A stretch of DNA of 64,000 nt from NCBI RefSeq assembly GCF_020745735.1, contig NC_083409.1, forward strand, positions 12,833,259 to 12,897,258. Reading direction: 5' to 3'. Source of the DNA: Hemiscyllium ocellatum. Taxonomy: Eukaryota. Below the pieces are notes generated by a model. The model was given only the letters and a program-made list of their open reading frames with translations, searched no databases and was not told the origin of the DNA. Positions within the stretch are counted from its first letter, which is position 1. The number at the start of each line of letters is the position of its first letter. The translations under genes were made by a program, and so were the position numbers. Of the stretch, positions 23,601-33,789 are shown in pieces.

Positions 23601-24728
23601 AAAAACAGTTTATCCCATGTGTCTTCTGAACCACCTCACTGACCTGCATTAATCACCATGGCCACATCTTCCACCTCCACACCCATCTGACTTCCAGCTT
23701 CAAAATGATGAGAGACATTCCTTCATTATCTGAGAAACAGATAGAAACATCAAACACAGGAGCAGCAGTAGGCCATTCGGCCCTTCAAGGCCTGCTCCAC
23801 CCTTCAATATGATCATGGCTGTTCATCCAACACAGTCCCCTGTTCCTACTTTCTCCCCACATTCTTTGATCCCTTTAATCCTAAGAACTGTATCTAATTC
23901 CTTCTTAAATACACATTGCATCTAATTCCCTTTTGCTGGAAAAATGGATGACAATTATTGGGTTGTTGTTTTTTGACCAGTATGGACACAATGGGCTGAT
24001 GGGTCTTTTGGGCCCCTATGACTCTATTGTTATTTATTATGAATAACTGGGTACCAAGGGCTGACCCTGTGGCACCCTAAGTTGTTATTACCTGCCATTC
24101 AGAAAAAGACTCATTCTTTCTGTGCTGTCTGCCAACCAGTTCCCAATCCATGTCAGTACGTGAACCCCAATCCTCTTGTTTCTTTGGTCTAGATGTGGGA
24201 GTCCCACCCTTACTCATTGTGGGAACAGATTCTGAACAGTCTGTCTCATCCTTTGAGGGCTCCCACTGCCCTGACACTGATTTCCCATCATGCCATTGGT
24301 TCCCATCCACTTTTACCAAAGCACCGCACAGTTTAGTAAAATGAAAACTTTTACACTTGCTCCATGGTTCTCCATTTCCATTCCTCCTCTCAATCTCACT
24401 GAGTTCTAATCAGTGTCACTAAAATGCTTCCCCATCGATAGCCCTTCCAGCTTCCCACATTCATTCCATAACTGATGGTCCAAAATTGTCCCTTCTCTCT
24501 CTGCTGCTTCACCATCACCTTCTCAGGGACATCTAGGGACGGTAATGAATGCTGGCCCTGCCAGTGACACTCAGATCGCAAGAAGCAATTTGAACAGTGT
24601 CTGTTCATTTGTTGGATTTATTCTGTATTGACGAAGAATGTTCAAAAAGATCGTATTGTCAGTGAATATTGTGAGGGTTGAATTCCCTTCAAATGTCAGG
24701 GATTAAAATTGTTTCTTTTGTCTTTCAG

Positions 24729-25057
24729 TCCGTGACAACTCTCAGCCCAAGCTGACCCTGCTGCCCCCCTCCCCTGAGCAGATTAATGCCAAGGACACTG
24801 CCACCCTGGTGTGCCTTGCCAATCACTTCTATCCCGATGAGCTGGAGGTGCAGTGGAAGAAAGACGGTGCAGTCATTTCGGACGGGGTTCAGACCAGCAA
24901 CTACCTGCGAGCTTCGGACAGCACCTACAGTGTCAGCAGCCTGCTGACCCTCTCTGGGTCTGACTGGGAGTCCAACGCTCGCTTCTCCTGTGCCCTCACC
25001 CACGTGACCCTCCCCTCTCCCCTCAGCAAGAGCATCAGGAGATCAGAATGTGTGTAG
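24729..25057 (+). CDS. IGKC: Kappa-type constant exon, intact: (I)RDNSQPKLTLLPPSPEQINAKDTATLVCLANHFYPDELEVQWKKDGAVISDGVQTSNYLRASDSTYSVSSLLTLSGSDWESNARFSCALTHVTLPSPLSKSIRRSECV*
   Basis: Acceptor cttttgtctttcag|TC, in phase with J; C1-set Cys/Trp/Cys; penultimate Cys for the interchain bond; TAG 25055-25057. Confidence 0.97.
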
Positions 25058-25582
25058 AGTGTTGGAGACAGTCCACAGAGGAGACACAACTTTAAATAGA
25101 ACAGGGCTGAGCTGGCAGGACAAAGGTCATTGTCAGCACTGAATTTCAACTCTCTTCCTTCTCAGGACTGCTCAGGGAACCTTCTGAGGTTTGGATGTAA
25201 AAGCAGGTCATTGCGACAGTGTCGAGGGAGCTTTACACTGTGTCAAACCCCATGCTGTCCCTGTTCTGGGAGTGTTTGATGGGGACAGGGTTGACTTGTG
25301 ATGCCAAGTAAAATCTCTTGAAGTTGCTGAAGACTGTCAGCTGTACAAAACAATGTGAACCTCAGAAGTCTCTGCTTCAGTAAACCAGATCTCCTTCCTG
25401 CTCAGCCGCCAGTTCCAATTTAAGGTTTTGTCACTGTTTAAAGGGACAGGATTCTCATGTTATTGAGCAATTCTCCACAAGTGTTTTCCTTAAACACCAT
25501 TGTGGCTGTGAATTTGAGCAGCTTCCTCTGTCTGGGCTGTTAATTGCAGTTTTTTTTCTGTCAATGTGAATGTGGAAAAGGG

Positions 25583-25588
25583 AATAAA
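25583..25588 (+). terminator. Polyadenylation signal of the kappa transcript
   Basis: First AATAAA found after the stop, followed by a CA and a GU-rich element (gtctctgtctggtgtgtg). Retained at 61328 in the C relic. Confidence 0.75.
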
Positions 25589-26058
25589 GGTGAAGATTCA
25601 GTCTCTGTCTGGTGTGTGCTTTGGAAATAGATAACCTTCCCCACCCCCCAGTTGATTGGCTGCATTTCAGCAGGTCATTGTCAAGATTGGCTGGTTGGCC
25701 TGTCAATCAATTACAATCATTAATCATTAATCATTTTCAAATGATCCCTTTGATCAGGAATTTATGCAGGTTACAAGATTCCAAAAAGAACAGAAACCGA
25801 CAGCTGTTAGGACTCAATAAGTACAATCCGACACATTCCCTCTTCACTCTGTTGGTCCAGGCCCAGCTGATGGGATCGCACTGTGCAATCTCTGCTGCAT
25901 GTTGGGTAGCTGCTGAAACAATCTTCGGCCAATCACTGACATTGTCAGCTGTGTCTCTCTGAGGTAAAAACAAGGACTGCAGATGCTGGAAACCAGATTC
26001 TAGATTAGAGTGGTACTGGAAAAGCACAGCAGGTCAGGCAGCATCTGAGGAGCAAGAA

Positions 26059-26093
26059 AATCGATGTTTCGGGCAAAGCCCTTCATCAGGAAT
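26059..26093 (-). ncRNA. Minimal hammerhead-ribozyme-like motif in a Penelope-type terminal repeat
   Basis: Minus strand AUUC-CUGAUGA-A-GGGC-UUU-GCCC-GAAAC-AUC-GAUU; intact core and stem II, short stem I. Confidence 0.55.
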
Positions 26094-27474
26094 AAAGCTC
26101 TATCTGGAATGTGTGCCTCTCTGAGGGCGAGTGTTTAACTTAATGCTGCTTGGAGGGGTCTCTCTCAGTGTGGATTTGTTACTCAGAGAGACACCTACAG
26201 GCAGCGTTCAGTAACGCACCCACATTCGGAGACACCTGTCTCCAGCATGGAGTGTGATCATGTTCCTCAGTGCTACCTGTCTCACAGAGTGAGTGTGTTA
26301 CTCTGTGCTGTCTGTAGGTGTCTCTCTGAGGTATGTGTCTCCGAGTGATGGATTGAGAATGGGCTTTGTGCTGGGGATTGAAGATTAGGCTTTAATCTTC
26401 TCAAATCATGAATGGAAAACAGTTCTGCTGATTCAGTCTGAGATGGCAGCTCATTCAGATGGCCAAAGTTAAAAAACACACAACTCCAGGTGATAGTCAA
26501 ACAGGTTTATTTGAAAGTAGAAGCGTTCAGAGCACTGTTTCTTCATCAGGTAGCTGGAGGGGCAGGATCATTGGACACAGAATTTATAGTAAATTCAGAT
26601 GGCAGCTGAGAAAGGTGAATACTGAGAGTGTATTCTCAGTAAGGGAGGGATTTCAGAGGCAGTGGGCACTGTGCTCCCTCATGCAGAAATGTCGATTTTC
26701 CTGCTCCTCAGATGCTGCCTGACCTGCTGTGCCTTTTCCAGCACTACTCTAATCTAGACTGTGCTCCCTAATGTGATGTCCAATTACAAGGGGACTTTCT
26801 GAATCCAGGGTCAATGGTGGCTGCCTGCCCAGCCAATGCTGGCTCCCCATAGTCATATTTCAGTGGTTAATTAACCCAAAACAAGGTGCAGCAATATTAC
26901 CTTCCAGGGAGGGGAGCTGTCTGAGGGAGGGAGGTTGAATTCTTGCAGCCCCAAGAGAGGTTGCGGTGGATTAATGACAGGTATGACCACCATGAAGGTG
27001 CCACTTTCTCTCCCCCTGCTACAGCTGTAATGACCCTCAGGTTAAAAGTGTGACTGCTCTGGAATGATGACCACATTCCTGGGTGATGGAGGGAAGGCCA
27101 ACCTCTCCCAAAGGCAGCACAGGCTGGATCGAAGGTGAAACAAGAGTAAGCTTGGGGAGATTGAGGGTGACAGAAGGAGGGGGTTGGTTGGCAGGTTGTT
27201 ATTCAGAGTCAGGTCCCAGAGTATCAGTCCTTCTGACATTCCCCTTTTTATCTGTCAGCCAGGGCTCCCTGATTGGACAAAGTTAACCGTCCCTGTCAGG
27301 GAACTCATATTTCATCAAAAAGAATAAAACATTTATTGAACAAGGAGCTCAAGAGCTAAATGACATTCAACAAAATTAATGGTTTGAAAGATTTCATTAT
27401 GGATACTGCAAATAAGATTTGGTGAAGAACTTTTTCACTCAACAGGTGGTGGGAATCCGGAATGGACTGTCATA

Positions 27475-27770
27475 AAATCCCTACTGTGAGGAAACAGGCC
27501 ACTTGGCCCAACATGTCCACACTGACCCTTGGAAGAGTAACCTACCCAAGACCCAATCCCCTATCTTATTACTCTGCTTTTCCCCTGACTAATGAGCCTA
27601 CCCTACACATCCCTGACCACTGTGGGCAACTTAGCATGGCCAATTCACCTAACCTGCACGTCTTTAGACTGTGGGAGGAAACCAGAGCACCCAGAGGAAA
27701 CCTATGCAGACACTTGGAGAATGTGCAAACTCCACACAGACAGTTGCCTGAGGCTGGAATTGAACCTGAG
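27475..27770 (-). mobile_element. HE1-type shark SINE (older copy)
   Basis: Reverse complement of the V-SINE core TGTGTGGAGTTTGCACATTCTCC..GGTGAATTGGCCATGCTAAGTTGCCC; tRNA head truncated. Confidence 0.85.
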
Positions 27771-27779
27771 TCAAAACAC

Positions 27780-30558
27780 CCAATCCAGCCTTGACTTCGC
27801 TCCAGCATCTGCCTCCACTTCTGGCCCCTCCCACTCTGCAACCAGGACTGAGACTACATTTCCCACAGTCACCCTGAGTCCAACTGCCTACCTGCAGCCA
27901 GCCAGCACACTCGCTCTCCCTCCTCACCCATCCACCCCCACAGTGCACCCTATCCCTCCACTTCTCCCTCTTCACCTCATCCCCACCTTCGCACTCCCTC
28001 ACCTCACTCCACAACCCACCTCCGTCCCAATCTCCTTTCTCTCCCACACCCATTCTCTCCCATTCCCATCAGCCTTGCCCCCTCCCCTCCTTCAGCCATC
28101 TCGGACCCCCCTGAAAACCTCGTCCCCCACCCCGAGCCTTGCCCCTTATTTACTGCCCCCCACGACCTCGAACTCTCTGAGTCCAAAAGGTCCATCCTGA
28201 GAAAAGGGCTCACATTCGTTCCCAACTTCAAAAAATCCCGCACCCACCAGGATGTGGAGCTCTTCTTCCGCCGCCTCTACCTCCGTGTCTTCTTCTTTAA
28301 CAAAAACTCCCAAACTCCCTCTGAGGACCCCTCCTCCCACCTTCAACCTTCCTCCTCCACTTGGTCACCCCCCAACCCCCCCACCACCAGCTGTGTACAC
28401 ACCCTAGAGCCCTTCATTGCTGACCACTGATGTGACATCAGCCGCCTCAATTTCTCCACCTCCCCTCACCCTCTCCAATCACCCCTCCTCCAAACATGCA
28501 GCCCTCCACTCTCTCCGTACCAACCCCCGGTTCACTATCAAACCCACTGACAAAGGTGGTAGTCTGGGGAACGGACCTCTTTGTCACAGAGGCCGAACCC
28601 CAACTCTCTGACCCCACGTTCTACCTCCCCCTTGCCCATGACCCCACTGTGACCCATCAGGCCAAGATCACTCACACTGTCTGTGCCCCCATTGCCTCCA
28701 GTGATCTCACCTCCACTGTCTCCAATCTCACAGTCCCCCAGCCCTGCACTGCCCAGTTCTACCTGCTCCCCAAGATCCACAAACCCAACTACACTGGCCG
28801 ACCCATCATCTCAACATGCTCCTGCCCCACCGAACTCCTCTCATCCTACCTCAACTCCATCCTCTCCTCCTTGGTTCAGGCACTTCCGACCTACATCCGT
28901 GACACCAACCATGCTCTCCATCTCTTCAGTAACCTTCAGTTCCCAGGCCCCCAGCACTTTACCTTCACTATGGACAGTCCTTATATACGTCCATACCCAA
29001 CAAGATCAGCCTCCTGGCCCTCTGCTTTTTTCTCTCCAACAGATCCATCCACTCCCCCTCCACCAATACCCTCCTCCATCTGGCCCAACTGGTCCTCACC
29101 CTCAACAACTTTTCCTTTAACTCCTCCCAGTTCCTCTAAATCTAGGGGGTGGCTATGAGTACCTGGATGGGCCCCAGCTCCCCCTGCCCCTTTATTGGCT
29201 ATGCTGAACAGTCCCTCTTCAGTGCCTACACAGGCACTGTGCCCCAGCTCTGCTACCATTACATCGATGACTGCATTGGTGCAGTGACCTGCACCCAGGC
29301 TGAACTGGAGCAGTTCATCGTCTTCGCCCACAACTTCCACCCTACCCTCAAATTCACTTGGTCCACCTCGGACACCTCCCTCCCCTTTATTGACCTCTCC
29401 ATTCCCATCTCCAGTGACCGTGTTCAGATAGACATTTACTGCAAACTCACAGACTCCCATTATTACACGGACTATACTTTCTCCATCCCATTCTTCCAAT
29501 TCCTCCGCCTCTGCTCTATCTGCTCGAATGAGGAGACATTCCACTCCCAAGTATTCTAGATGACCACCTATTTCGAACAACATGCTTTTGCTCCCTCTGT
29601 CATCCATCGCACCACCTCCATTTCCCATTCCACTGCTCTAAACCCACCCCCCTCCAAACAGAATAAAGACAAAGACCCCATTGTCCTCACCTATCACCCA
29701 AACCAATCTCTGTATCCAACACATCATCCTATTCCGCCAACCCCAACAAGACCCCACTACCAAGAATGTCTTCCTCACTCTACCCCTGTCTGCCTTCCAC
29801 AAGGACTGTTCCCTTTGACAGTTCTTGGTTTGCACCACTCTCTCCACCATCTCTCCTGAACCCCCCGGTACCTTCCCATGCAAACGGAAATGATGCAAAG
29901 CCTGCTGGTACACCAACCCCAGCACCTCCATCCAGGATCCCAAACAGTCCTTCCAGGTGAGACAGAGGTTCACTTGCCTCTCCTCCAACTTAGTTTACTG
30001 CATCAGGTGATGGCGATGTGGTCTTCTCTACATCGGGAAGACCAAACATAAACTTAGGCAGTGGTTGGTCGTGCATCTCAGCTGGGCCTGTAGGAGCCGA
30101 CCAGACCTCCCAGTCACCACCCATTTTAATTCCCCTTCCCACTCCCTTTCTACCATGACCATCTTTCGCTTCCTCCATTGCCACAATGAACCAAATCGCA
30201 AATTGGAGGGACAATACCTCATCTTCTGCCTGGGCAGCCTACAGCCCAGAGGATTCAACACTGAGTTCTCCAAATTCAAACACCTTCCCTTCCCATTCCC
30301 TGACTCCCTCCCCAGCCCCTCCCATCTCTTCCACTCCTCTCTGCCACCAAACAGATTAATTCCTTCCATTAACGAACCAGGTCGTTTCATCTGCCTGTCT
30401 TCATCTATCCCCATTCTCCACCTTGCCCCGCCACCCCCTTTATCTGCAGCTCCGCCTACACTCACCGCCATTCCTGAAGAAGGGTTACACCCAAAACATC
30501 AACTTCTTCACCGCCTGATGCTGTCTGGCTTGCTGTGTTCCTCCAACCTTCTGCCTGT
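27780..30558 (+). mobile_element. Penelope-like retroelement (Neptune-type), near full length, frameshifted
   Basis: ELSESKRSILRKGLTFVP, TIKPTDKGG, LPKIHKPNYTGRPIIS..YIRDTNHAL, YIDD, GIY-YIG region (..GLLYIGKTK..HFNSPSHSL..YLIFCLGSLQPRGFN), terminal repeat at 30470-30558. The 5' boundary is uncertain. Confidence 0.85.
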
Positions 30559-32512
30559 CATTGAATGGAACCAGCAGGAAAGGGCTGGACAATCAAGTGT
30601 CAGGGCCATCAACAAATGGGAATGGGACATACTTCAGACCAATGCATTGAGACAGTCAATCACAAAGAGGTGACCAAACTGAAAATGAAACACTCATACA
30701 CAGTGGACGGAATTTAATATCAGAAAGTGTGAGACCATGCACTTTGTTCGGAATAATCGAAAGGCCGACTATTATTTAAATAGTGAGAGATTCCAAAAAA
30801 GTGCAGTACAGAGTGATCTGGGTAGTATTGTGCATGAAACATTGAAAGTTAGTGCAGGTGCAGCAAGGAATTGAGAAGGCAAATGGAATTTTCACCTTTA
30901 TTGTCTGGGGTTGGAATTTAAAAGTAGAGAAATCTTGTTGAAACTTTACAGGGTGTTAGTGAGCCTGGATTTGAAGTATTGTGTGCAATTTTGGTCCCTG
31001 TATTTAAGAAAGGATGGATAGTCATTGGAGTCCTACTCCTGCTTCAATTTCTCATGTTCTTGTGTGCTCCAGTGTCCCTCCCTCACAGCACAACTGGTTT
31101 GTCCCTTCCCTGCAGTAGCAGCCTCCAGTCTCTGGGTGGTGCTGCCATATGATCTGCCTTCCCAGGCTGTCACAATTCCCACATCACAACAATGCCTGGA
31201 CTTCGGAAGTATTGAATTGGCTGTAAAACATTTTCCAACATCCAAGCTCAAAAACGGCATAATAGAAATATAATTCTCTCTCCTTTTATGTTTTGTCTCC
31301 AAGCCTTCCCACCTGTCATCCAACAACATCGCACACTTGTGTAAAATCTAGAATGGATCATGAATCTCTGGGAGAACTTACTTTGTGACAACACTGGGTC
31401 TAATGACCACACCCTCAGTGGGCTTTGAGGGTGAAGGTCAATAGCAGTCTCATTGGGACTTGATCTGAATTGTCTCCAGTCAGTCAATGCTTTTGTCTGG
31501 TCCAAACAGTACTGACCAACCTTCGAGCCCAGTGATCTGATTGAGATGAAGGGTGAGCTGTGCTGGACTTTCACACATGGCTCACACACATGGTGAAGCA
31601 GGGATTCCCCATTTCAGAAGAGTAAATGGAACAAACGAACTGGGTGGATGTGACATCCCCACCTGTCCCCAAGAGAGTGGGGACAGGAACAGTAATATTC
31701 TCACACAGAAAGGATGGTAAAAATTTTAACCCAGAGAGGGAGAGGGGATAGGAAAAGCAATGCTCCCTAAAGACAGGGGACAGTATCTGTCTGTTCCCCA
31801 CTTTCTTGTTGTGTTGTGACCTTGGGAAATTGGTTTGGTTTATATTTTCTCAGTTGTATTTAGGTTTGATGAGGTGATTCATTAACAAGGATTCCAATTA
31901 CATATTTCCTGTAGCAGCAGATCCATTGAAGATCACGCTATCATTTGGAGTTTGCCCAAGTTTCTGTCCAGGCTGATACAGCATGGTCTACCAGTGCTGC
32001 TCCTATTGGGCTAAACCATCACACACGAGGGAATCTGATGGGCACTTTCTCTTTGTGCTGACAAAGGGAGAGATTTGGTTTTACTGTGTTGGTGGCCAGA
32101 GAAATTAGTCAGTGGATGTAGTTCCAGCTGAGCAGAATGTTCTGATGTTCACGATGGGATTAACCTCAACAGTTCCCACTTGCCTTTACCCCGACAGTGG
32201 AACAGGAAGTCACCATGCAGTGGTCTCCTGGCTCACACTGAGACACCAAGTTGATGGTATAACTGCAGAGAGCAAGGCAGTGGCTTGGACTCACCGAACA
32301 ATCAGTGGCTTCAGCCAACAACTGGGTCACAGGCAAATGGCGTGTTGTATAAACTCTCAGTATCTCAGCGAACATTCATTGACAAACATAACTAGAAAAT
32401 GGAACAGGATATTGTTTATGAAAATTGGCATTGCAAAAATAAAATACAAACACATTATAGATAATCCCATTTCAAAGACTACAGCATTTTCTTTGAAAAC
32501 TGGATGATTAGT

Positions 32513-32830
32513 GGGCGGCACGGTGGCACAGTGGTTAGCACTGCTGCCTCACAGCGCCTGAGACCCGGGTTCAATTCCCGACTCAGGCGACTGACTGTGT
32601 GGAGTTTGCACGTTCTCCCCGTGTCTGCGTGGGTTTCCTCCGGGTGCTCCGGTTTCCTTCCACAGTCCAAAGATGTGCGGGTCAGGTGAATTGGCCATGC
32701 TAAATTGCCCGTAGTGTTAGGTAAGGGGTAAATGTAGGGGTATGGGTGGGTTGCGCTTCGGCGGGTCGGTATGGACTTGTTGGGCCGAAGGGCCTGTTTC
32801 CACACTGTAAGTCTAATCTAATCTAATCTA
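32513..32830 (+). mobile_element. HE1-type SINE, full length, young
   Basis: tRNA head GGGCGGCACGGTGGCACAGTGGTTAGC..GGTTCAATTCCC, V-SINE core, (AATCT)n tail; CpGs intact; absent at the paralogous site in A'. Confidence 0.93.
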
Positions 32831-33774
32831 TAATGAGATGAGAAATCAAACACCCATCCACACCGTCACACGGTGTTGAAGACGCACTGTCCTCATCATA
32901 ACAGGTTTGCAAGCATCTGAATAACACGTAAGGGGAGAGAAACATTGCAAACTGTATTATCACGAGAGAGGATCCATTAAAACCTAGAACCATGATGTTA
33001 AATGCTCCCTGCCATAAACAACACTGATGCATTCACATCATTGGAATGTTAAACGATTTAAATCTCAAGAGGCATTGATGATTTTTTTCCAAGACCATAG
33101 CAAGAAAGCAGCAGCTGACATATGAACTCGAACAAAATGATAACAGGCATTGAATACAGAGCTGACTCGAGAGAGAGAAAAAAGATCAACAGCAGAGATC
33201 TGTCCATTGCTGGGAACATTTTAGACAAGACACCTTGTTGCCAGCAAGTTACTGCAGCTTGAAAACTCCAGTACGGTCAGAAAGAGAAAAAGGACAATGT
33301 GCAGATTGTTGAACAGGCCCCTACACCTGGGCCTGAGGCAGGGGCCCAAGCTCCAACACACTGGCCTCACTTCACACCAACCTTCACACAGTGCGGGGTC
33401 ATGAACTCCGGCCATCAATCTCTCAGGGACTGGGACGGAGTGAGGGAACAGGGACAATTGTAGAAGAGACAATAAGGAGCAAAGCAAGATGGATAAAGTG
33501 ATTTGGAAAGGGGTTAGAGGAGAAAATATACTTTGTGCCACTCAGTACTAACATCATCTACGTGTTTCACAGAATGAACAAGACAGCACACTGTGAAGAC
33601 AAACAAAAGTCACATCAAAGTACTTTTCTTATCACAGGGGGCATTTTCATTGTGGTGCCCTCAGTACCCTACTTCTAAAGCTGCACTGTCTCTCTATGGG
33701 TCCCTGCAGATTGAGCCTGTCAGCTCCAAGTAAGGCCCCAGTTTATTTTTTACTGATCAGGGACAGTGAAGCAG

Positions 33775-33789
33775 CTGCCCTCTAGTGGC
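33775..33789 (-). promoter_or_regulatory. CTCF core motif
   Basis: CTGCCCTCTAGTGGC (GCCACTAGAGGGCAG on minus); identical at the paralogous site 55253-55267. Confidence 0.6.

Noticed and set aside
24809-25057. ORF-track 82-aa protein starting MCLANH
   Set aside because: The GTG start is internal to the C exon, which begins at the acceptor at 24729.
26091-26096. Second AATAAA downstream of C
   Set aside because: It overlaps a Penelope terminal repeat; the site at 25583 comes first and is the one conserved in the relic.
31830-31860. Degenerate RSS (GGTTTGGTT..CAGTTGT) next to the Ig-like relic
   Set aside because: The heptamer lacks the invariant CAC/GTG and the spacer is 10 nt.
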